Below, piece by piece: positions 1 through 13,300 of a stretch of DNA of 64,000 bases; position 1 is the stretch's first letter; the number at the start of each line of letters is the position of its first letter. Source of the DNA: Antedon mediterranea. Lineage: Eukaryota; Animalia; Echinodermata. The notes below the pieces were generated by a model. That model made no database searches. It saw only the letters and a list, made by a program, of their open reading frames with translations, and was not told where the DNA came from. The position numbers and the translations under genes were made by a program. The stretch covers positions 28,083,648-28,147,647 of the forward strand of contig NC_092673.1 of assembly GCF_964355755.1 (NCBI RefSeq), written 5' to 3'.

Positions 1-194
1 AGGCCTACACCTAAAGACTTTGTTACTGAATTTGTTTATATAGAGCATCGTGTGTTTGTCTTTTGAACAGGATTGCCACCTTTAAAAATGATAGTGAATG
101 AATTCGCTTATAGTTATCCTTGGCAATATGCCATTTTAAAAGAGAGAAAAAGAACACCTTAGTATTGTCTTTGAAATTATTATTTTTATTCTAG

Positions 195-2612
195 ACATCG
201 ATGAATGTATGGATTCGATATATCCTTGTAACTTAAACGCTGAATGTCAAGACACAGATGGATCATACATATGTACTTGCAACGATGGTTACCGTGGTGA
301 CGGATTTATAAGTTGTGTAAACATAGATGAATGTATTGAACAACTTGACGATTGTCATGAGTTAGCCAGCTGCACTGATAACAATGGATCTTACACATGT
401 GATTGTAATATGGGTTTTGAAGGATCTGGTCGTGTTTGTACTGGTGAGAATAAAAATATACTTATTTTCCTGTTAAAATAACGAAAAGCACACATTAAAA
501 AACAATTATTACAAAAACAAATTAAAAACAGTGGAAGACTCCGTCTGGAACCCAGACTACGGAGAACCATAAAAACATAGTGTAAGCAATATCTAAATTA
601 TTCTCCTATAAAAAATGTTTTGTTTTATTTTAAGATGTCAATGAATGTACGGATGATACTGATAATTGCGATACAAATGCTATCTGTATAAACACTGAGG
701 GATCTTACACGTGTTCTTGTAATGATGGCTATTTTAGTGCTGAAGGAGGAAACGCGAGGATGGGACAATGTCAAGGTAATTGATTTCCTCTGAGAGCTTT
801 ACGAAGACGACTCACCACCTAAGAAAATGTTAATTCCTCGACACATTGTTGATGTTTCTAGGTTTCTAGGCGACAACCACCAATGCGTAGTTCACAAATC
901 GAAAGCTTCCTAGTAATAAGCTTTCGGACAATACATCATATGAAGACACTGGTGTACTGTTGGTAGACAGTTTTATGACTTGATTTTGGGTCAACTTATG
1001 AGTTGCTAAAGAAGCAAGCTACCTTTGTTATTGCACAATTAAGAGTGTACATATTGAATCTCTTTTTAGTCCAAGTCTCAAAGCTGCCGTAAACTTTACA
1101 AAGAGATATATTTTAATATTTATAGAATGAAATGTAATTAAATATATACAACTATTGTAATGATTATTTGTTTTATTCAATGTTTTTATAAGATTCCGAT
1201 GAGTGTGCGTATAACACTGATTCGTGTTCTAACGAAGCTGTGTGTACAAATACTGATGGTTCATATACGTGTACATGTATTGAAGGCTTTGAAGGAAATG
1301 GCTTTAACTGTTCAGGTAAGAGAGTTTATCAACCTATAATAAATGTAAACATAACATCATTGTCCTGTGTTCATAGAGTAACCCCTTCTTTGGAACATAT
1401 GGGATACTGCTAAAGAAGACACTTTTTCGTAAAACGAATATTATGTTTTAGCTCTGTCTACACTATCAAACTAGTTCGACAAAAGAGTGTGATGTGCCCA
1501 AATATGGTAGTGATGTGCCCAAATATAGTAGTGATATGAAATCATCATCATCACATTTTTTTTGATCACAAAAAGTTTGATAGTGTAGACAGAACTTTAA
1601 CACTACAGTTTCCACTCCTCTTCAAAGAGGTAAATCACAGCCCTATTAACGAACACTTTGGTCTATTACGTGCCTGCTTACCTGGATAAACCCGACAATA
1701 GCCCTTTTCCACGAAGTGCGAAACAATTACGAAAAGAAGAATTCTACCCGAATTCACCTCATTAAGAATGGTACAGTCCGCTCTAGCGCCCTCTTGTGGG
1801 ACCACTCCCACGTGTTACCGTCATCATTTCTTTTCGTACTGTCACAAAGACAAGTCACGAAGTTTGAGAACGTTGCGATACGTCACAAACGAGGAAGAAA
1901 ATACCTTGAGAAGCTAGCCGAGGCTAAGTTGATCTCATATAATATATTATACATTGTATAAGTATTGATACGTTGGAAAACATATATATAGTAGTGATAT
2001 GAAATCATCATCATCATATTTTTTTTATCACAAAAAGTTTGATAGTGTAGACAGAACTTTAACACTACAGTTTCCACTCCTCTTCAAAGAGGTAAATCAC
2101 AGCCCTATTAACGAACACTTTGTTTTGGGTCCTGAAGGGGTAGTAAAGATGAATACACCACAGTACTATCAAAGAGGTCTGTATCTACATACACTGGTTA
2201 TCCAGATGCAGGGACTGGTTGGAACGTGTTGAATTCTGCTCCTATAGTGAATAATATTAGCAAATGTTCCACATATTCTACTTCAGAGTGTGTAGCAATG
2301 TCTTTTCTAAATGACCACAATATATTTTGAGAGATTTTCCTTTACACACTGACTGAGAGAATGTATTTTGTGTACTGTGATGGATCGGAAAGTGTTTATT
2401 ATCATTATTGGTGACGTATTATTGCATTGATTTTGTTTACTGGTATTTGTGCGTATTTACATAATATGTATTGTTTATTTTAGACATTAATGAATGTAGA
2501 CAGATGGTGAATCCTTGTGATACAGACAAAAACGAGCGATGTGTCAACAACGAGGGCGCTTTTTACTGCACATGTCAAACAAACTTCTTCAACATAAGTG
2601 GGCAATGTACAG
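195..2612 (+). CDS. Gene 1 exons encoding 5 calcium-binding EGF domains (195-443 has two; 635-775; 1193-1315; 2484-2612)
   Basis: D[IVS][DN]EC...C.N..G.[YF].C.C cbEGF consensus; symmetric phase 1-1 exons. Confidence 0.92.
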
Positions 2613-5600
2613 GTAATGTTTGTTTAATTTCGATCCAAGTCGGCCCTGAACCGTTTCGGCCAATGTCAAGTCTTAACGTGGGGGCCGACTTGACTTTGGC
2701 CGTGACAGTTTTTCTGTTCTCTTATTCAGAATTAATGTTGCCGGACTTTTGTCTCTGACTCTGAATTTTCCACTGTTTGGTGATGTTAGTGATCCCCATT
2801 TAGACTAGTTACTGGATCGGCTGTCATTTTGTCTATCTGCACGATCACATCACAACTCAATGACTTTTATATTTACTAGTAGTTAAATAAACTAGTTTTT
2901 AAAAGACTAGGTGCATGATAGATAACTTCTGCAAGCTAGTTTGCCGAAGTCTAACTAGTCTAAAAAACTTTGGAAAACCTTTCTTGCCAAACACGGCGTT
3001 CACTCTAAACCAGTCTAGGCTAGCAGGTTTGTGCTTTTTTTTCGAGTAGGCATAAACCTCCTTCTTTTCAATGTTGAATTTGTATTTGGACTTTTGAATT
3101 TACAGAGGCCAACGCAAAGAATATGGCTATTGATTTTGAATACATTCAAGGCTTGCAAGCAAGCATGTTCTTTGATTCATTGAACGCTGATGGAGTTGGT
3201 GCAGCTATTTCCATGAATGTAAGTATGGTGCTACATGTATTTAGTCTTAACGATAGGGCCTGAACAAGTATGTGTCTCTCTGTGTTAAAGTCTCGGATAA
3301 GGGCATCAAACTTGAGGTCCAGTTTATCTGCATCTTTTGGAAGAGTGGTGTGTTAGCTGGTATATGGGTCTATCTTAGGCCCTGGACAGGGCAAATGAAT
3401 GAGTGCCGTTTTGGTGGAAGCACTCGATACGAAGGGGCCACTTTAGAAGAGGTGAAAGTTGTATGGTCAGTGTATTGTCCCCAAAAGACATGAAAAATGA
3501 AGATTACTAAAATCAGAATTTGAATTTTGCAGTTTTAATAAAGTTATTCACTTCTGTAAAAAATAATTAGTTCAATTATAAAATGACAAAAGAAACAGTT
3601 TAGTTAATATGAACCAAAAATCATTGTCTTACAGAAAATTTAAGTATTTTTCCTTTAAATTACATTTTTTTCAGGTAAATAATTGTTTTTTTCAATCCAG
3701 TTTTTGGTGTATCTTTAAATATTGTATCATATCCTTTAAACACCTGTTCTTTTACATTTCTACAGATGGACGATTTGTTTAGAATGAGTGTATATGCAAA
3801 TCAGTACTATGGCACAGAAACCACTGGATTCTCAAGTGCACCTGATGGCATACGGGCAACATTTATTGTAACATTTAACGTAACATTAAACATTACCGAT
3901 TCCCAGTTATTACAAGCGTTCCTTGACGGTCTAACAGGACGAGATAATGATATTCTACCACCAGACAGTAAAATATTCACCAATGTTACTGACGTTTCCG
4001 AGCCAAGTAAATATAACACTATTTAGCCTAGAAAACCACACACTATGGTGTAAAAAAATATATTTGTTTACGCCTCGGTGTATTTAAACTCTGAAGTGGT
4101 GCGAAAGGGGTAGTGTATCCTAAGTGTATCCTTGGCATTTGATTGACTGCTTTTGTATTACAAGTCGTGCATTATTTTCTATATTACACAGCCAGCTTTT
4201 GTAACCATTTTGAGAATGTTGTGTTGCCCAATAGGGAAACCTACCTATATAGTGCCTGTGTTGCAATGCCTGAGTATTGCCCAATATGGAAACCTACCTA
4301 TATAGTGCCTGAGTTGCAATGCCTAAGTATTGCCCAATATGGAAACCTACCTATATAGTGCCTGAGTTGCAATGCCTGAGTATTGCCCAATATGGAAACC
4401 TACCTATATAGTGCCTGTGTTGCAATGCCTGAGTATTGCCCAATATGGAAACCCAAACAAATACTCCTATAGTAACTTTAATACTATTATCCATTTTCTT
4501 TTCCAGTAATCGACCGTTGTTTTGATGGTACTGATGATTGCAGAGAAAGGTTTTTCGAAGTTTGTGAATCCACAGGAAATGACATGTTTGTTTGTAGTTC
4601 ATGTTTTAATGGATTTGAAATCAACGAAGCACAGGATGCATGTAGCGGTAGGTGATGTTTCATACCTAAAGCTCTTTCTAATCTTTATGTGACAACAAAC
4701 TGTGATATTTTTGTCAAATTAGTTTCATAGTTGGACAGAGCTTTACACACCTAATATGAAGTATATTATTGCCATTCGATTGGTCGATTTTGTATCATGT
4801 TGGACTACCATTCATTCTGCTCTACCATTTAACGATTAGAGTTTTTCAAAACATTTAGAGAATTCGTGAGACGTTCTAGGTTTTTGAATGGTGTACGTTT
4901 ATATTCCAATCTGCAATGTGTGTTATAACTGATATATGCTGTGACCATAATCTGAGCACCTTTCTTTTTTAAATTGCCCATACTTCGAAATATGAGGCTG
5001 TTGATTATAAGAATGAATATTTACTTTTTGTGTACAAAGTAAATTACTGAATGATTCCTATTTAAGTGTTTTACTTTTTTTTTTTACTATTTTTCTTTTA
5101 ATACCATATTGATATTCTACTTCTTTTTAGATGTCAATGAATGTATTACTAACAACCCATGTCCTGACAATGCTATGTGTAACAACACAATTGGGAGTTA
5201 CGTCTGTCAATGTAACGATGGATATTTGTTCAACGAAAATGACAACACATGTGATGGTAACGTGTTTTATCATTTTTTCACCCATTATGTGAGACGCAAC
5301 TAAAGGCCAACTCAGCCAGCTTCGTACGATCGACGAGACCCAACTGTTTCGTCGGGAGAAAATTAAAGTTCTCGATGATTCGTCGGGCCTCATCATACGA
5401 TGCTATCTGAATTGGCTTTTAGTGGCCAACAGGATACAATGCAAAGACATCAACAATTGTGTTGTGCGTCCTGCAATAATTTTTATATTTTAAGATTGAT
5501 GATATTAAATTGATTTATTGAATAATCTCTTTTAGATGTCAATGAATGTATAAATAACCCATGTCCAGACTCACGACCATGTAACAACACAATGGGTGGT

Positions 5601-8600
5601 TATACATGTGGTTGTGATGTTGGCTTTATCTTAGATATGGATGACGTCTGTCAAGGTAAGTGAAGACAATTAAAAATTCAATTTATTTTAAAATATTATA
5701 AAATGGAAAATAACAAGTAATTTCATTGAACTAGTAATTTCAGCGTAGAAAAACTGGCGATTTCAAATGTACGTACGGCAGGACTATAAAACATTGTCGT
5801 TTACAGAAACAAATAAATAGACATAATGATTTATGTAGTCAACAAAAATTAGCACCTACAAACTTGTCACAAAATGAGTCGAAATTTGTTATTGGACTCA
5901 TTTAAACAAACCCAATTTTGTTAAATTATTCTTTATATTTCTTTATTATCCAATCAGTAACGAAATATTTTTTTTATATAGGCCTATAAATAATATACCA
6001 CTAAATAGAGTAAAACATTTCCGATTTAATACTTTATTAAAAGTGTCACTGTCTCATGATCGATTGAAATAGTAAAGTACATTTAAAGACCACTAATACG
6101 TTTTTATTTTTGTAATTATTAATTAATACAAACGTTGAGAAACAACTGACAGTAATAAAGTATATATTATTATGTGTTTATAATCTCAAGTAGGGGCTAC
6201 CCACACTCACAGTGATAACGTTTATTAGTATATTTGTTTATAATTATTATATCTAACAGTACCAACACACTTTTGATTCAAATGGCGATAAAAAGTGGTT
6301 AATACCTATTTGCAGTATTGTATAGTATTACAATACTATTTCTGTTTATTCTCCAAGGGTCTATAAATTTACCTACTTGTGTTAAACCATGGAGGTATGC
6401 AATAATTTGGAATGTTCCATTCATTGCAAATCAGTACATTTCTATAAACGGATATTAAATCTATCAAAATAGTATTTTTTAAAGAAAATCGGCCTGTCTT
6501 CAACATTATGATACTGTACTCTAGCTGTTCAACCGGTTTTCAGCCATTAAAAACAGTTATCGTAGGAGGAGATAGGAAAATGCAAAGCATCCTCGCATTT
6601 TTGTGGCGGGTATTTTTCAAGATGGACATCCATTAGACAGTGTATACCACGATCGGAAAACACCCCGATTTGGGGCAAATCGTTGAACCTAAATTCGTTT
6701 TAATCGTCAATAACTAATTATCTAACTTAATTTAATTAGTAAACAGGGTTACATTAGGTGGTTAAAATCAGTACCGAAAGTACGAACCAACTTTATATAC
6801 CATCGAGTTAAAAATTCTAGAAGTATGGCGCGATTTACCGAATTTTGCCCTTACGTAAATTTATATATAGACTAGATGGTACGCTCGCTTCGCTCGCGTA
6901 CCATCTAGGTCGTGCCCACAGATGGTTCTCGAATACACAGTAATTTCAGCGTTAAAAAACTGGCGATTTCAAATGTACAATAATGCAGGGCAATAATATA
7001 TGTCGTTTACAGGAACGATTAAATAGACACACTGTGATTTATGTACTCAACTAAAATTAGCACACTGGGAATTACTTCCGAAAGAGAATGTTGTCACAAA
7101 ATGAGACCAATTGTTTAAGTCAAATTTAAACAAACTTAATTTGTGTTTTGTATGTAACATTATGGTTGAGAGATGGGAAAGAGGATGGGTGCAAAGAGGA
7201 ACAATTTTTAAATATATTCTTTATTTTGTAACGAAATATTAATTAACATGTTTTACAAATAATATACCACTAAACACAGTAAAACATTGCGATGTAATAC
7301 TTTGTTGAAACTATCACCGTCGTAGTCGATTGAAATAGTACAGTACATGTAACGATACACTACGACGTATGTTTATATATAATCTATATATAAATTTACG
7401 TAAGGGCAAAATTCGGTAAATCGCGCCTTACTTCTATAATTTTTACTCGATGGTATATAAAGTTGGTTCGTACTTTCGGTACTGATTTTAACCACCTGAT
7501 GTAACCCTGTTTACTAATTAAATTAAGTTAGATAATAAGTTATTGACGGTTAAAACGAATTTAGGTTCCAAGATTTGCCCCAAATAGGGGTGTTTTCCGA
7601 CCGTGGTATACACTGTATAATGGATGTCCGTCTTGAAAAATACCCGCCACAAAAATGCGAGGAGGCTTCGCATTTTCCTATCTCCTCCTACGATAATTGT
7701 TTTTAATAGCTGAAAACCGGTTGAACAGCTAGAGTACACCATCATAATGTTGAAGACAGGCCGATTTTCTTTAAAAAATACTATTTTGATAGATTTAATA
7801 TACGATTATACAAATCTATTGATTTGCGATGAATGGAACATCCCAATCTCTCAGTCTGCCAGAGTTTGGTTTAACACAAGTACTGTAGGTAAATTTATGA
7901 GCCCTTGGTTTAACACATACGGTAGGTAAATATATGGGCCCTTTGAGAATAAACTTGCGAGATTGTGGATAGGCTCTACTGTTAGATATATAAACACATT
8001 ATTATATACAAATAAACTTTATACTGACAGTTCTTTCTCAACGTTTGTATTAATTAATAATTACCAAATATAAACGTCGTAGTGGTGTATCGTGACATGG
8101 TACTTTAATATTTCAATCGATTATGACAGTGACAGTTTTAACTAAACTAAATAAAGAATGTTCTCTAATATAATTAGGAATCTCTTGCCATACACGGGGA
8201 AAATAAGTGTACAATGAATATTTAAAAGAAATAAATAAATAAATAAAATAAAAAAAGTATTAAATCGCAAATGTTTTACTGTATTTAGAGGTATATTATT
8301 TATAGGCCTATAAAACATGAAAAAAATATTTCGTTACTGAGTGGATAAAGAATATATTTAAAAATTGTTCCTCTTTGTACCTATCCGCTTTCCCATCCCT
8401 CAACCCTAATGTTACATACAAAACACAAATTGGGTTTCTTTAAATGAGTCCAAATCAAAAACTTGGACTCATTTTGTGATAAGTTTCTCCTTCGGAAGTA
8501 ATTCCCAGGGTGCTAATTTTAGTTGACTACATAAATCATCGTGTCTATTTATTTGTTTCTGTAAACGACAATGTATAGGCCTATAGTCCTGCGGTACGTA

Positions 8601-10294
8601 CATTTGAAATCGCCAGTTTTGTTACGCTGAAATTACTGTGTATTCGAGAACCATCTGTGGGCACGACCTAGATGGTACGCGAGCGAAGCGAGCGTACCAT
8701 CTAGTGTTAAACAATTTGTGAAAACCACCTCTATTCGGGGCAAATCATAAATTCGATTTAATCGGTAATAAATATTAAATTACGGCGACTGAAAACGCTA
8801 GCTCATTATCCGTTTAAAAAAAATTATATCCAACCTCTGCAGCACAGATTGAAAAAAAAAATGGATCGAATTTCTGTTATGAGTATACAGTACTTTCCTT
8901 TACGACGCCTGAGGGAATAGACACTTGTGGAACAACACAGAGATTGGAATGTTCCATTCATCGCAAATCAATACATTTGTATAAGCGTATATTAAATCTA
9001 TCAAAATAGTATTTTTTAAAGAAAATCGGCCTGTCTTCAACATTATGATACTGTACTCGAGCTGTTCAACCGGTTTTCAGCTATTAAAAACAATTATCGT
9101 AGGAGGAGATAGGAAAATGCGAAGCCTCCTCGCATTTTTGTGGCGGGTACAGTATTAAGATGGACATCCATTAGACAGTGTATACCACGATCGGAAAACA
9201 CCCATATCTGGGGCAAATCGTTGAACCTAAATTCGTTTTAATCGTCAATAACTAATTATCTAACTTAATTTAATTAGTAAACAGGGTTACATCAGGTGGT
9301 TAAAATCAGTACCGAAAGTACGAACCAACTTTACATACCATCGAGTAAAAATTCTAAAAGTAAGGCGCGATTTACAGAATTTTGCCCTTACGTAAATTTA
9401 TATATAGATAACACGTTTACAGGGTAGATTATGATGTATTTTTACTTATTATTGTTATATTTTGTACAATTATAATTGTTTTTCAGATATTAATGAATGT
9501 ATGGTCGATGGCCTGTGTCCAGGGGTCACCACATGCCAGAACACGATGGGCAGTTACATCTGCTTATGTGAAACAGCGGGTTATATGATGAGCGTAGAAG
9601 GAGGAGAATGTGCCGGTAAGATACAGTATTTTGTTTTGTTTCGTAGATGCCTTTATTATACTACAATATTGTTTCAATCATTTAATTTCATGACTCCATC
9701 ACAATACTAATTTCAATATTACCATATAAAGATTATAACCAAATGAGATATAAGATACAATATATACCTAGAACATCTGTTTTCATAAAATCATATTTTT
9801 AGTCGAAACTTTTTTTTGTTTTGTATCTTAAGTAAGCTAATACGATCTTGTGGAAAATATCAATTTCTGTGTGAATCTGTTTCTAAAAAGTTGATTGTGA
9901 TTAAGTATTATTTAAATTCAGTTTCAGTAGTAGTCTCGGTAGTATATAACAATTGACATATGATTGGGAGAATTGTGTGTCCTATGTTCATGAACCAGTC
10001 ATATAGCTAATAGTGAAAGTACTGTTCTATAGCCTACTACTGTACTATAATAGCATAACGATAAAACACTTTTTTAAGATATTGACGAATGTACCACTAT
10101 GCCTGAGGTGTGTGGCGTCAACACAGTGTGTAACAATACAGAGGGTAATTACACCTGTACATGCGCAGTGGGTTATAGCCTTGTAGATGACGTTTGCTCA
10201 GGTAAGTTCCTGACATATCAAATTGTTAGAGTACAAGTTTTTTATAAACCTAATTACCTCCGCCAAGGAGGTTATGTTTTCACCCCTGTATGTT

Positions 10295-10330
<36 letters not shown>

Positions 10331-13300
10331 TGTGTTTGTGTGTTTGTGTGTGTGTCTGTGAACAGCCGGGAGGCCACCGTTTTTATCCGATTCTCACCAA
10401 ATTTGGCAACAATGATCTATGCCCCAAAAGCTCGGACAAGTTCGAATTTGAGGGGAAAAGGTCATAGGTCAAGGTCACAACTAACAAAAAAATATTTTAC
10501 TGCCTAGAGACCACAGTTTTTATCCGATTCTCACCAAACTTAGCCACAATGATCAATGACACATCATATAATTGTGGTTAAATTTTGAAGATCAAGGTCC
10601 ACAAAAAACAAAACAAAAAGAAATAAAAAAATAATAAAAAAAAAAACCTCAGTGGGACTTGAACCAGCGATCTCAACTGTGAGAGGCTGGATACATAACC
10701 ATTACACCACACTGTCATCCACAACTTTGTAGTGTGCAGTTAACATATTTACAATTAGAACTAATAAAAATAAAAAAAAATATTCAGGGGCCATTTTATG
10801 TAGGAGAATTTTACAGTAGGCGGAGGTTTGTACTCTCGGAGTACTTTCTAGTTATTAATATAATAATAATATTTTCTAGTTATTAATATAATAATAATAT
10901 TTTGTTTACAGTTAGCTTTCATGTTTCTATGTATAACAGACCATAGCCTATAACTGTGCATGTCTCTGATTTAGATAATGACGAATGCACTGATCCTGAT
11001 ATATGTGGCACTAACGAAGTGTGTGTAAACACAGATGGGGCCTACAGCTGTGATTGTGTATCTGGATATGTACCAGTAAATAATATATGTTCAGGTATGT
11101 ACAGCTGTTTTTTATTCAAATTTTTATTTTGTCCTAATTCCTAGTGATTACATAAACTTCTCTTCGTGCATTATTACAATAATAAATAATGTAACCACTT
11201 TTACATAATTAATTTCCAAGCATTACTGTGCATTTGTCTTTTTTTAAGATATTGACGAATGTACCACTGAGCCTGATGTGTGTGGCGTCAACACAGTGTG
11301 TAACAATACAGAGGGTAATTACACCTGTACATGCGCAGTTGGTTATAGCCTTGTAGATGACGTTTGCTCAGGTAAGTTATAATGCAAGTAAAACTAAAAT
11401 GTTACCAATATAGATAAAATCACTTTGCTTTATCTGATTAGAAATGGGAAACTCTTGTCTAGCAGGAGTGACCAATCCTATAAGTATGTTTCTATGTTTA
11501 AAAGTTAGCCTATAACATATTTCTATTTGATAGATAATGACGAATGTACAGACTCTGATATATGTGGCACTAACGGAGTGTGTGTCAACACCGACGGCGG
11601 TTACAGCTGTGATTGTGTAACGGGATATGTACCCGTAAACACTCAATGTTCAGGTATGTATTACCTTTTTTACGTACACTCCAGACATGTGACATTTTAA
11701 TAAGTTTAAAGTTCATAATTAGGAATTTGTATGATTTATTTCTTTTTTATTTTTAAATGCACCTTGAGCACTCTGGAGTGGTATGTGCGCTATAAAAATC
11801 TTATTATTATTATTATTATTAATATGTTTTAAAAATTATAATTGCGGTAATTTCACAAACTATTTGTTCAGCTCCCAATTTTATTTTATTCATTTCGAAA
11901 ATATTTTACGAGGGTGGTCCAACCAGCCGAATCATATTATTAGTGACCCTCAATATTTTTTCATTGAATCCTAATGCAAAAAGAACAAACTTTTACTGTC
12001 TATGACGATTACCAAGCTTTTGATTTCTCTTAATACAATTTGTTGTTTTATTTGTTTAGTAAATGTACATAATTATGTTGATTTTGGTTGAAATGATTTC
12101 CATTCCATAAGTGGACCAATACAATTACTTGAATCTTGAATATCTTGAAATAAATGTTGAAACAAATGTTGAATTAAATGTTAGATAACATCATATTGTC
12201 TTGCATATAGTTGCTTTATCCTACCGTGGTGAAATTCTTGCCGTTACATTGAATGGATCTGAAGTAGAGTTTACACCAGATCTTGAAGATCCTACATCAG
12301 CATTGTATATAGAGTATTCCAATACTTTTACTACAATTGTAAGTATGCATACTTTAGAGGGATACTCTATTCAAGAAATAGAAAACTATATTACACATAT
12401 ATTCACAATTACATTTACAATAATTAATAGTATACCAAAGGAAGCGAGTGCTTGTCAGTTTGGTAACCATTATTTAAATGCATTTAAATGTATGGTACAT
12501 ACAACATTCAACAAAAAAGACATTGGTCGCCCACGACCGGTCAGCACCTCCGGTGGGACATTCCCCTGTGGCGATACGAGGAATTTATATGGGATATTTC
12601 AATGACTATCCCAAAAAACAAATGTTTCTAAATAGTCTCTAATATTTAACAATACATACAAGAAATGCCATGTGGTATAAGACTAAAGATGCATGAACCA
12701 TTGAATATGTGAATCTCTAAAGAAATGTATAACAATGTAATTAATACTTATAATTAATTTAACAAGGCATTTTAACTTTTTATGTTTATGCTCATGTTTT
12801 CATTGTTGTGTTTTGTCATTTTGATGTAGTTCTGTATGTACATTCTTCTCAATTTTAAACGGAATTGAATTAAATTTCAGTTTACCACTATTAATGATAC
12901 TGCTAAGAATCGTTTACATTGATGTTGTATAACAACAATAATATCAATAACATAACAGTAAATATTTGAAACATTGTAAAAAACATATACATTGGTATTC
13001 GTTCTAGATCGACTACTTCTACCAACAACTTCTTGGGGATACGTTTTTCGGAAGTTCGATACTTGGGTACAAGAATGGTAGTATAATTGTTGTATACCAG
13101 TTAGATTTCTTTGATATTACTCAGCATGAGGCAGACGAACTTCTGACAATGCTGTTGAACAGTACAGTTGACAGTGTTCTTTTGACACCTGATGGATTCA
13201 GTATAGGAGTAGATATGAACTATGAAGCTGTTGTGTATAGTAAGTACTGATAGTTTTGGAAGCGCAACGGCTATGAGCGCCCACTGGCTAAACCCAGGGG

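Noticed and set aside
531-560. Short matches between gene 1 and gene 2 introns (531-560 vs about 63955-63981, inverted; about 94-125 vs about 62488-62520) as proof of paralogy
   Set aside because: They are short and one is inverted, so dispersed transposon fragments explain them more simply.
10223-10507. ORFs with CVCVCV runs
   Set aside because: These are translations of the (GT)n microsatellite inside the HINE element.
10647-10716. Functional tRNA gene
   Set aside because: The acceptor and anticodon stems have mismatches and the sequence lies inside a repeat element; it is kept only as a tRNA-derived cassette.
195-11653. Calling gene 1 fibrillin, Notch or fibropellin
   Set aside because: No TB/8-Cys, LNR, ankyrin, CUB or avidin modules are seen; the SEA domains plus TM point to a mucin-like membrane protein.
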